DNA of 64,000 bases from Cyanophora paradoxa CCMP329. Lineage: Eukaryota; Plantae; Glaucophyta. The notes beneath the pieces are model-generated. The model was not told the origin of the DNA. It saw nothing but the letters and a program-made list of their open reading frames with translations, and made no database searches. Numbering within the stretch: the first letter of the stretch is position 1; each line of letters starts with the position of its first letter. The stretch covers positions 1-64,000 of the forward strand of contig QPMI01000064.1 in assembly GCA_004431415.1 (NCBI GenBank), given 5' to 3'. Both the position numbers and the translations under genes were made by a program. Below, piece after piece: positions 9,927 to 22,100 of this stretch.

Positions 9927-11779
9927 TTAAAGAATGTGCTTGAACTGAGCGTAATCCGGGTTCAGCTTCGCAGTCTTGATCATCCCGCTGACAAGACAGT
10001 TGAAGTCCACGAACTGTGTACCCCGATGGGTTAGGGGGTACCGGGACGCGACCGGGATCGGGGGGGGGTACCTTGCCGATGATGCGGGTGAGGAGGGCGT
10101 AGCCACCAGTGTCGCGCCACGTGACGCGCCCCAGCGAGTTGATGATGACCTGCGGGGGTTCCCCCTTCAAAAAGGGGTACGCGGTGCGCGGAAGGGGGTA
10201 CGAGCCTTCGCGACGTCGTCCGACTCGACGCCAAAGATGTCTAAGGGGGGGTATGATGTCGGCGCATGATAAATCAATGAAGAGGGGTACGCGGACTCAG
10301 GAACTCGAAGATCTTGAGCTTGGGTGCCTCCTTGTAGAAGCCCGAGCGCGTGTAGGAGGGCTGGCACGCCAGCACGTCGATGCCGTGCTCTGCGGGGGGT
10401 ACGTCAATGCGTGTGGGAGGGGTGGGGTACGCCGGCGGGCGTCCGGACCGGCGGCCTCGATGGCGAGTGACGCGGCGAGGGAGGATACGTAGGCCTTCCC
10501 GGCCCCGTACATGATGCTGGCCGGGGCGGGGAAGTAGCCGGCCTGGGGTACGGAATTCGTCCGTCGGTCCGTTGGTCGGGGGTACGGGTACGGGTGCTGA
10601 TGGGGGGTACGCACGGCGGAGGAGGTGAACGCGATGCAGCCGCGCTGCTTGTTCTTAATCATCTCGCAGTAGAAATGCTGCGAGACCTGCGCGTACCCCC
10701 CCCGACGGTCGGCGGCGATTGCGCCCCGCGGCGCGTCCCAGGCGCACGCGGGTAGCCGAAATCGCGTTGCACTCGACGTTCTTCAGTTGGTCCTCGATCG
10801 AAAGCTTGCGGTACGACTGGGGTACGGCGCGCTTAAACGGGGGGCGGGGGGGGGGTCGGTGAGGGGTACGCGCGCACGCCAAACTTGAGGTACCCCGCGT
10901 TGCAGAAGACGCACTGGATGCTGATGTCCTTGGTGCCCTGCGGGCGCCGGGGTCAGGGGGCGAGCGAGAGAGCGCCACCGGGGCGCCGGCTCGAATCCGG
11001 GGCGCGCCTCGATGATCTTGGGCATGTACCCCTGCCCGCCGATGCTGCTGAGGTCCACGCCGATGGCGCGGAACTCTAGGTCCTTGTACCTGCGATCGAA
11101 TTGCGGATCAAATGTCCGCGGCGGGGTGAACGGCATGAGCGAGGCGTGCTCTCACTTCGCGGCGAGCTCCTTCTGCGTCTTCGTGAGGTCCTCGTTGTCA
11201 ATGGCGACGAGAACGACGTTGAGGCCCTGCGGCGGGCGTTCGGGTGCGCGGCGCACACGCGGCGGAGCGGTTCGGCGGGCGGGCGGGCCGCGCGCCATCT
11301 TCGCGAGGCGCTCGGCGATGGCCTTTCCGATGCCACTCGACGAGCCCGTGACGAGGCCCCACGTCGCCTTGTACTTCTTCTTCAAGTTCTGGTTCGGCAG
11401 GATGCTTGCCCACATGAGCGGCACTGCGCGGCGGCGTGAGCGACGGACGGCGTGAGACGGACGGTCCAATCGAATCACAAAGCCGAACTGGCCGGCAGCC
11501 CGCGGCCCGCGGCGGCGTCGCGCTGACGCCAACTCCCGCGGTTGCCGGCGGCGGCGGGCGGCGCGCGCACCGAGGTACGATGCGATGGTGAAGATCGACA
11601 TGAGCGCGAGGATGGTCTTCGACCAGCACCACGCCTCGCCGAGCATCGCCCTGGCGTTTGGTCGGCCGGCGCACCGGCCCAGCGGGAGGGGCTGCGGACC
11701 AGTACTTCGGGTCCATGCTGTGGTACAACTTATCTTGCACAAGCAGGAACTTCTCCTGCGCCTGCGCCAGGTACTCCAT
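9927..11779 (-). CDS. KCR: Very-long-chain 3-oxoacyl-CoA reductase-like SDR (KCR/HSD17B12 family)
   Basis: N-terminal TM segment, then LKKKYKATWGLVTGSSSGIGKAIAERLAK|GLNVVLVA (TGxxxGIG), CNAGY, FTSS, YGAGK (YxxxK) AYVSSLAASLAIE, GIDVL, ending ...AQFKHIL*. Confidence 0.85.
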
Positions 11780-12124
11780 TGTTGGGTACTACTTTGATGA
11801 CCTGCGGGGTACGAGTCATTCAAGAAAGAAGAGCTCTGCAACTGCGCACTTCGTTCCCCCCCTTTTTCTTAGTTCCTGCTGCAGCTGCGGGCCTGCGGCG
11901 GGCCTGCGGCATCTGTAGCTAGCAAGGCGTTGTCTTGGGAGGTTGAGAGCCCGCCCAAGCCCCGTGCACGTGCGCGGCGGCCCGCGGTAGCGTTTGGTAG
12001 CGGCGGCGGACATCGTGGCTCAGCAGCGTTGCTCGGCGCGCGGCGCCGGCAGCCCGCGGAAGGAGCTAGTGGCCGCTTCGCAGCTCGGGGCGAGCGTGGG
12101 GGGGACCCGCAGCGCAGCCCAGCC

Positions 12125-13077
12125 ATGGCGCCGCCGCCGCAGGGGCCGCAGGGCCCGCAGCTCGCCGCTGGCGCGGGGGCGTCCTCCATCCGCAGCCTGC
12201 GGAAGCCATTCGCGCAGGCCAGCATGGCAACGTCGTTCCGCAGCATTGTAAGGCGGCCTCTTGACACTGGGTCGAACACGAGCGACGGGCGGACATCCCG
12301 AGCGGGGAAGGTGCGAGATAGCCCCCGGGGGCTCCGCGCACGCGTGCGCTTAGCTTAGCTTGCGGGCGTGTGGGGGCGCCCGCGCCCCACGGGCAGGCAA
12401 GCCCGCCCCGCCCCCGGCACGTGCACGCGCCCGGCCCACGCCGCGGCGCCGCGGCGGGGGGTCCGCCGGGCGCCCTGCCCTCGCATTAGCGCATCCTGCT
12501 AAGCTTTGCGCCTCCAACGTAGCTTGGTCTAATCGGATCCAATCCAAGCGTAGCTAATCTGACCCAGCAAGCCTCAGCAAGCCTCAGCGGAGCAGCTGAC
12601 TGACCCTGTCCCGGCGCGCGCGCGCGCAGGCGGACACGCTGCCGTCGTGGGAGCGGTCGCTGCACCAGCTGCTCTTCGCGCTGACAGACCGGACGGCCTC
12701 CTCGGGGCAGAAGATCCCCGCCCTCTTCCTCGTCTTCCTCCCCGTCCTCTTCGACGTCATCGACTTCTTCCAGCTCATCGGTCCGCTTAAGAGCTTAAGA
12801 GCTTGAAAGCTAAAGAGCCTGACAGCTTGAAAGCTTAAGAGCTTAACAGCTTGAAAGCTTAAGAGCTTCTCTGAGCGCGCGCCTCCGATTTGATCTCCTC
12901 CATCTCCATCCGCCTGTTGGACCCGCGGCCCCAGCTGCGCTATTCATTAGCCTCGCTAGGCCGCCGCGTCCCGCCCGCCCCCGCGCAGGGACTAGATCGA
13001 CCCCTCTGCCCGCCGGTCCCGCCTGCTCCCGCCCCGGGCGCCGGCGTCTCGCTCGGCGCTCTCCTCGCCCGAGCTCG

Positions 13078-13115
<38 letters not shown>

Positions 13116-16100
13116 CGACGCCTGGCACCGCTGAGGCGACGCACCGGCGCAGGGCTGACGTTCGGGGTGGGGTGGGACCGGCGCGCCATCCAGTGGCTCC
13201 TCAACCTCTCCGCCTTCTTCCACGTCAACTGGTGCCCCGGGGCCACCACCACCGCCACCGCCACTTCCACTACCCCCCTCACGCTCTGCCCCCCCCCCCC
13301 CCTCCCAGGTTCGGGGGGTGGACGGTGTTCGCGGTGTGCTTCTGGGCCGTCGTCGCCCTCGTCGCCCTCATGCTCGCCCTCGCAGCCCTCGCCGGTCCGT
13401 AACGTAAAGGCGATCTCTAGGCTCTCTATCTTTCTAGCTACTCCAGGTTGTCTGGCTCTCTAGCTTCTCTGGCTATCTAGCTTTCTAGCTACTCTAGGTC
13501 GCCCTCGCAGCCCTCGCCGGTCCGTAAAGGCGATCTCTAGGCTCTCTAGCTGTAGCTTCCCGCTTTCTAGCTTTCCAGCTGCTCTAGGTCGCCCTCGCCG
13601 CCCTCGCCGGTCCGTCCCTTCGCGACGCCCCGCCCCGCCCCGCCCGGCCGTAGCTTCCCGCTTTCTAGCTTTCCAGCTGCTCTAGGTCGCCCTCGCCGGT
13701 CCGTCCCCGTCCCCCCGCCCACTTAGCCGCAAGCGAGAGAGCGGGTGCCGCAAGCGAGCCTACTAGCGCCTCCGCCACGCCCGCGAGGGACCTAGCTCCC
13801 TCGCTTCGGTCCGCGGAGCACCCCCCGCCCCCCCGCCCCGCCCCTCCCTCCCCGGGGCGCGTCCGCCCCTCGCATCCTAGACCTCCGCCTCCTAGCTGCC
13901 CGGCTCTCTGCCCCCGCTCCCTTCCCCGAGCCGCCCCGCCCCGCCCCGCCCCGCCCCGCCCTCCCCCGCACTCGGACCCGTCCCAAGCCCCCTGGCATCG
14001 ATCGTACACCCGTCTAAGCTTCCGCGGGACTCGTTTCAGCTGAACTCGCCCCGTCCGGCTTCGATCCGAGACGCCTCCGACCGTCCGCGCTCGCCTGAAC
14101 TGACTCCGCTCGCAGCGCACTCGTTCCAGCGGAACAGCGTGCGGATCCTCCCCATCCGCATCGTCCGCCTCCTGGCCACAGTCTTCCAGGCGCGCTCAGA
14201 TCTGATCTGATCTGATCTGATCTGATCTGATCTGAGCTGATTCGATCCCCCTCTGACCCCGCCCCCCGCCCTCCAGACCGCCCTCTACATCCCGGCCCTC
14301 CAGGTCCGCTCCGATCGCGATCCGCGCCGCTCAGATCTGATCTGATCCGATCCGATCTGATCCGGCGGGCGGCAGCTTCTGACACAGGAGCTCGCTGTCG
14401 TGGGGAACAGCCCCTCGTCATCCCTCTGGCTCGTCTCCGACCGGCGCCCCGGCTGGGAGTGGGCCCTCTACGCCGCCGGTAAGCCTGTTTGCTTGTCTGT
14501 TTGTTTGCTTGTTTGTTTGCGCTTACTGAAAGCACGCACGTACCCCCCGCAGCCTCCTCCGTCTCCCTCGTCCTCTTCGTACCCTTCATGCTCCTCATCT
14601 CCCTCGTCTACGTGGATACCAAGTACCCCCGGCCCCTCCCTTGGAAAGCGCCGTACCCCCGCCCGGGCTCACCAACTCCACTTCGTGCGCAGCCCGACGA
14701 GCCGGAGCATGGACGCGTGCGCCCACGGCCGCGTCTCGTTCCTCTACACCCTCGTACCCCCCCCGTCCTCCATCCCTGCCCGCCCGGATTCCTAGTTCCG
14801 ACTCGCGTACCCCTTTTCCCTGGCAGGTCCGCACGGTCCTGGTCTTCTGCGTACGCTTCCTGAACCCGTGCGCGGCTTCGCCCCCCATCCTTCCTCCACC
14901 GCCCCCCCCCCAAAAAAAAAAGAGTAACCCATCCCGTTCGGTCCAACAGGACGGGTACAGCGGCCGTCTTGGCCATCCTCCTGGGGATCACGTTCTTTGC
15001 GCTGTACGCGTACCTCCCCTTCTACCGCAAGAACCCGGTGATCCCATACCCTCCGAAATACCCGTACCCCCGGTCCCTGAACGATGTACCCCCCGCCAGC
15101 TGATGGGAGGCCTCTTCGTCTCCGCGTGCTGGTGCTCGGTAGCCTCCCTTGTCCTCTCGCGCATCGGCGACCCGGACACGTGCGTACCCCGCTTCACGCT
15201 CCCCCCCCCCCCCCTTCGAGTTGTTTTCGAGTCCGCTGTACCCAGGCACGTGCGCTTCGTGGCGTCGTCCGTCTTCCAGGCCTTCTCGATACCCGTCTTC
15301 CTGGGCGGCTGGTGGGCCGTCTCGGCCCGCACCCGGACCATCATGCTCAAGGTTCGAATCCGCGCGGGGCCCCTTTCCTCTCGCTGCGCTCACGCCTCGC
15401 CTCGCTTCGCCCCGCAGGGCCGGGCGATCGCCAAGGAGGGCCTACCCCCCGGCGCCACGGGGGACCTGACGGCCGTCCTCTTCCCCGCAGTGGCGGCCGC
15501 CCAGGAGCGGGGCGGCGAGTCCGGCGTCGCGAGGTCGGCTCGCTCGCAGTTTGATCCGGGGCGCCTTCGAACTCGATCTCACCTGAGCTTCGTTCTCCTC
15601 GCAGCGCGAACGCGTCGCGGGGCGCTTCGTTCCGGTGGCCCCGCCGCTCGGGTACGCTTTTTTTGAAGTCTGCTCTCCTCTCCTCTCCGCTCACTCCGCC
15701 CCGCGCGCCCTTCGCAGCCTCGGGCAACGCTCCTATGTGGGGCCGGTCCCTCCGGCGCGCAGTCGCGCCGGTCAACCCGAACGACCCCGACGCGCGTGTA
15801 CCCCTCCCCGTCGCCCCGTCTCCCCTCACGTCCCCCCCCTCGCGCAGGCGCCCCCCTCGCGGCTCGCTGGATTGGGGAGCCTCGAGGCTCAGAACGGTAC
15901 CTCGGAGCCGCATTCGGAGCCGGGATTCGTCCCCGGGACGGTCCCCAGGACGGGGGTACCCGTCGTATCCGCACTCCTCCACCGTACCCCCTTTTTCTCT
16001 CGCCCCGCTCCGCCCCGCGGCCTCTGACGCCACGTCCCTCCAGTCTACCGGTCCCTTCGGCAGCGCCTGCTGGTCTTCTGGACCCCCCACGAGGTCCGCT

Positions 16101-19100
16101 AATAAGATCTCTTTTTAGATCTTCTAGTCTCTTATAGATCTTCTAGAGGCTCTTGTAAATCAAATTAGATTCTAAGAGGTCTCTTTAAGAACTTCTGGAG
16201 GCTTTGGAGGCTCTTCGCAAATAATCTCGTTTCGCATTCTTTGTTAGATCTCAGGTCTCTAGACTTTGCGAGTCCTATAACTAGCCATCTTCCGTTCTTC
16301 CTCACCCCGTACCCCCCCCTGCAGGTGGAGGTCTCCACTCGCTTCATCGCGTTCGACCACTCCGACGAGGCGCGCGCGGGCCACCTCTTCCCCCCCCCTC
16401 CTCGCTGTACCCCCTCCCTCTCACCGCCCCTCCATATCAGGCCCTGGACGACGCTGAGGCGGTGTACCAGTCGGCCTACCAGGTACCCCCGCCGAGCTCT
16501 TCCCCCCTCCCCGCCCCCGCTCTGTTCTGAGAGGGGTACCAGCTCTTCCCCGACTCGGCCTACGTTCGCCTCTCCCACGCCGTCTTCCTCGCCATCCACC
16601 GGGTACCCCATTCGCCCTCTCCGTCGCACCCCCCCTTTTCACCCGTACCCCCGTAGGGGAACCCGATGAGCGCGCTGCAAGTGCACCGGCAGGCCTGGAA
16701 TTGCAAGCCAGCGTGCGTGCCGCCGGCTTGCATGCGGCGGGCGAAGCGCCGGCGCCTCGGGCCATCCGAAGCAAAGCAGAGGGGGGGCGGGGAGGAACTT
16801 GACCTGGCCCGCCCGCCCGCCCGCACGCCGCAGGTTCGACGTGCGGTTCGCCCTGGAGGCGATGAAGCGGTGCGGCTCTACCCCCACCCGCCCTCCTTCA
16901 TCCTGCTTGTCTCAGTATTTGACCCTCTTCCTCCCCTTCCTCCTCGTCGTCGCGCAGGGACTTCGAGCAGCGGACGGCCTCCTCGAACCTGGGGGAGGAC
17001 GGCGTCGACTACATCGCCGTCCTCGAGTACCGGTGCCCCGCCCCCCGCCCCGCCCCGCCCCGCCCACAACTCGAGGTGGATAGCTAGAACTAGCTCTTAA
17101 GCCGTGCCAGCCGCCGTGCCAGCCTTCCTCGTCCTAGCTACTGCTACGCCCGTCCCTTCCTAAGGACGGCCCGGGGCCTCCGAAGCCTCCATCCATCCCC
17201 CCACCGTGGCGTCCGTTGACGTGGCGTACCCCCGCAGGCGCCTGCATGACGTCGCCACCAAGAGCCACAACGAGGCCATCGGTGCCACCCCTTCCTTTCC
17301 CTTCTATTCTTTTCTTTTGTCTTCTCTTACGTCCCTTTGGTCGCAGCGCGGCTGCGGGGCCTGTGGAAGACCCTGGCCAAGACGCGCCTGCCGGACGCGG
17401 CGCTCCAGGGCCTACCCCGCCGCCTCGAGGGCGTCGACCAGGCGCGCCCTTCTCCTTTCCTTTCCTTTCCTTTCCTTTCCCCTTTCCTTTTTCCTTTCTT
17501 TCTTCTTTCTCTTTCTTCCCTTCTTCTCTCTAACATGTCGTCACAGGCCTCCCGCGCCGCCGGCGAGGCGTACCGCTCCCTGCTCTCCAAGGCACGCCTA
17601 CCCCCGCCATCCTGTCCCCCGCGCCTTTCCTGACCGTGTACCCCTCCTCCGGTTAGTTCCCGAACTCGAAGCTGCTCCTGCGGGAGTACGGCTCCTTCCT
17701 CGACAACGTCGCGAATGAGCCGGGTACCCCCCCTCTTCTATGCCATCTGTACCCCCCTTATTTGCCGCGCCGCAGAGCTCGCGAAGATGCACTTCAACGC
17801 CGCCGGTGCCCCCTCTCTTTCCTTCGTTTCCTTTCTCTCTCTCTCTCTCCCCCTTTCTTATTCGTCTCTTTCTCCCTCCCTCAGACGAGATCGAGGAGCA
17901 GCAGGCGGCGGACGGGGGCGACGGGGGCGGCAGCGCCTCCGGGAGCCAGGGCAACGGCTCCTTCACGAAGAAAGGGCCCCAGGTGCCTCCTGAGAGAAGA
18001 AGCTGAGAGAAGCTGAGGGGAGTTTAAGCCCCTGACGTTCGTTCTTGCTTGTTTGGCTCCGCAGAAGGCGGGGCGGGCGGTGGTTCGGTACGGGGGCAGC
18101 CAGAGCGGCTCCTCCTCCTCCTCGGACTTCGCGGCCCGGGCCCGCATGGAGCAGCAGCGCGCCAAGGTCCCGCCCCGCCCCCGCCCGCCCCGCCCGCGCA
18201 ACCCCGCCCCGTCTTAGGAGACTATAGGAGACTTGGCTTAAGAGGCTATGGCTTAGACCCGCCCCGCCCGCCCGCCCCGCCCGCCCCGCCCCGTCTTGGC
18301 TTGGGCTTAGGAGAGTACGGCCCGGGCGGGCGGGCGCCTTGGGACGGGGGAGGGCCCGCCGCCCGCCGCCGCCACTGCACCCTCCCCGGCTCCCGCCCGC
18401 TGACCCCGCCCCCCCCCCCCCCCCCCCCCCCTCGCCCGCAGTCCGCGGCCGACGTGCGGCACGTGAAGCGCGTCCGCGTCGGCATCGTCGTTGGTGCGTA
18501 CCGTACCCCCTCCCCTCGCTTACATCTCGTACCCCGCACCCCTCTCCGACGCCGTACCCCTCGACAGGCCTCTTCGTGATCGCGGGGCTCTGCTCCGTGT
18601 TCTTCGTAGTCATCCAGCAGGTACCCCTCCCCCGCCCCTGCCAACCCCGTACCCCCACCCCCCATCGATCCCCGTACCCCCCGCAGGTCCTCCAGAACCT
18701 GTCGCGCTCGATCTATCGGATCGTGGCCTCCGCCTCCCAAATGCGCCGCCTCGTCGAGTTTAGGTACCCCCTTTGCACCGGGGACGTCCATCTTCCTTCG
18801 TTCGCTGATCCTGGGGGTACAGCTTCATGACGAGGACGTTGAATCTGTTGGCACACTCCAACGAGCTCGACACCATCGAGGAGACCAGAAAGGAGCTGAT
18901 GGAAACAGTGTACGGCCCCTTTCTCCCCCCCCCTCTCCGTCACGTCGCGAACCTGCCCGACGCCGTTTCAAATCCTCCAGGGAGCTTTTCTCGCACGACC
19001 TGCGCGGCCTGTACCTCGGTACCTGCTCCTTCTTGCACAAAGAGCGTACCCCCCTGAGGCTCATTCCCCCGGCAGGCTTCCACGACGACGGCATACCCGC

Positions 19101-22100
19101 CTCGACTTCGGACGCGGCGATCGCCCTCTGGAACGAGGTTCGGATCCCCGCGCGACCCCTTTCCTCCTCGCTCCTCCGATTTTCTTTTTCGCCGCAGCCG
19201 AACGTGGAGCTCGTGCGGCACATCGAGGGGAGCCCGGCGGCCACACGCCTGCAGGAGAAAACGTCGCTCTGGGTCGCCAACTCGTACCTGGCCGGCGTCG
19301 TCGCGGTACCCCCCTCCCCTCTCTTCTGTCGTACCCCCTCCCGCCCCCCTGACGTCCCGCCCGTAGAACACGGCCCAGCTGTCGTTGGCCGACCTCGCCG
19401 TGATCAGTTCCTCCGAGACCTTCCAGTTTATCGAGGTGCGTGTACCCCGGAGGAGGCATTTTTTGTTTTCCCGAACCCACCTGGCGGGGCAGGAGAACGG
19501 CCCGGGTACGATGCTGGTCGCGGCGGGCCGCTCCGTTCGCATCTACGAGGAGGAGGTGCCCGGTACCCCCGCATCCGCGTCGAAATTCGCGCTGATCCCG
19601 TACCCCCAGATCTACAGCTCGACCCAGACCTCCAAGATCCTCATCGGGGTCATCCTCGCCGTCACCGGTACCCCCGCCCCCACTCACCCACCCCGCCGCT
19701 ATTTCTAGCCTCCCGTCCGATCTTTTTTGACTTCGTTCGCGATCGCCGCAGTGGCCGTCCTTGTCGCGATCGGCGTCTTCGTGTTCCGCCCCGCCTTCGA
19801 GAAGGTGCCGTACCCCGCCCCACGCACGCACAAGAAATCATAGACGGAAAGGGACGCGGGTCCGAGGGCCCCGGACTCAGGCCGGGGCCCGGGAGGGCCG
19901 GGGAGGCGCGCGGCGGCGGGGGCGCGGGCCGTGCGGCCCAGCTGCATGCAGCCATGACTCAGTACCCCTCTCGCCTCCTCAGGTGCGGCGGACGATGCGG
20001 GGCGTGAGCGAGCTGGTGCTGGCCCTCCCGGCCCCCGGTGCGCCCGCCCGGTCCCGCCCTGCGCCCGCGTCGGCGCGAGCCGGGACCGAGCACGCGATGG
20101 CTGACGCCGGCGCGCGCGCGCAGTGCGCAAGGCGATGTACAACAAGTTCGCCAAGATGAGGCGAGCACGCGGCCCTTCCCCCCTCCAATCCCCTCTCCTC
20201 CTAAGCCCGGGGAGCGAGCGCGCGAGCGAGCGAGCGAGCGAGCGAGCGGGCGGGCGATCCGGCGGTCCCGTACCCCCCCTCTCCTCTCCTCCTGAGCCCG
20301 GCGCGCGCGCCCGCGCAGGCGGATCGACGACGTGGCGGCGGACGACGTACCCGCCCCCGACCGCGACCACCAGGCGCGCCCGCGCCCGCGCCCGGCGCGC
20401 GCCGGATCGCCCGCACGCCTCGAGGCCTGACGGAGGCGCCTCGGCCTCGGCCTCGGCCTCGCCCGGCGCGCAGGAGAGCGACGAGGAGGAGGAGGGGGGC
20501 GAGGGCAACGTGAGCGACCACGAGGAGGGCGGGGCGGAGAAGCCGGCTCGCGCCGCTCAGACCGTCCGCCCGCCCCGCCCCGCCCCGCCATCTGCCCGAC
20601 GCATCCTCTAACAAGGCGCGCAGAGGAGCCCGCCGTCTGGGGAGGAGGGCGGGGCGGGTACGGCGTCGGCGCTAGCCTCGGCCGCGGCTTCGGGGGCGGG
20701 GACGGAGCGCGCGCGGGCGGACTCGTCGGATGACTTCCGCGTCGTCGTCGCCGGCGCCCGCAAGCTCCTCCCGGTCCGCTCTATTGGATTCTTTCTTTCT
20801 TTCTTATAAGAGCATAGATAGCTTTAGAACAGTGCATGCATCCTTTCGATTCCGCCTTTCCGCCTTTCATCGCGCCTTTCTGACGGGCTCCGGGCCGAGC
20901 GCTCTATTGAATTCTTTCTTTCTCTCTTATAGAGCATACATAGCTTGGCGGTGTCTCCGCCTTTCCGCCTTTGAATGCGCTGTCTGACCGGCTCCGGGCC
21001 GAGCGCTCTATTGAGTTCTTTCTTTCTCTCTTATAGAGCATACATAGCTTGGCGGTGTCTCCGCCTTTCCGCCTTCGAATGCGCTGTCTGACCGGCTCCG
21101 GGCCGGGCAGGACGCGCCGCTTCGGACCTCCTTCCGCATCCCAAAGGACGCCGGCGGCGCCGTCAAGCCGCCCTCGGAGGTGCGGGGTCGAACCCGTCCG
21201 GGCCCCTTTCGACGCTCGCGCCGTGCACGCACGGGAAAGCGGGACGTGCACATACATGGGTTGACTCGGGCGGCCCCCAGGTCCGGCTTCGGTTCGACCT
21301 GGCGCCGCCCTCGGCGGCCGAGCAGGGCACCGTCCCCGCCGGCTCGGGCGCCGGATCCCGCACCGGCTCGCCGCCCCCGGCCCCCGCGGCCCCCGCCCCC
21401 GCCCCCGCCCCCGCCTCGGCCTCGCTGCCGCCCCTCCCGCGGCGGCCGGCCCCGGGGGAGGCCCGACTGGCCCTGGCCGGTGACGAGATCGCAAAGGTCC
21501 TCGCCCCGCCTAAAGCCTTATTCGGCCTTATAAAGAAGGCCTTATAACAAGGCGCCGGCCGCCGCTCTGACCTCGGGCTCGGCAGGCGCGGGCCGAGCGC
21601 CCCGAGTCGGCCCGGGGTACCGGCGCGGCGCCGGGGAGCTCCAAGTCCTCCTCCTCCGATGCCGCCGGCGAGGTCCGCGTACCCCCCTCTGGCATCCCGC
21701 GCGCGCCCGGCCGAGCGCGCCCTTGGGGCGGGCAGCAGCAGCAGCAGCAGGAGGGGGGCCCTCGCGTGACGATGTACGACGTCTCATCGGCCCCGTCGCC
21801 CTCCCCGCCCCCGGACGCCACGGGCCCCTCCGCCCCCTCCGCCCCCGCCCCCGCGCCTGGAAGGGAGGCGGCGCCGGCGGCCGAGGCCGAGGCGGGGGCC
21901 GGGGCTGAGATCGGGGCGGGCAAGGGAAGCATCGAGGGGGACGGCGCCGGCGGGGCGCCGGCATCGCAGGAGGGCCTGGCCTCGCTCGCCCCCGCCTCCC
22001 TCGAGGGACCCCCCAGGTCCGTGGACTGATTAAGCGATGGCTTTAGTGCCCTAACCGAATCGCGCCGAGCAGCCCGCCGGACGCAATGGAAACGGTGTAC

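Noticed and set aside
20778-21108. Three copies of an approximately 80-140-bp repeat, considered as a CRISPR-like array
   Set aside because: It is an intronic tandem duplication without unique spacers, in eukaryotic context with no cas genes.
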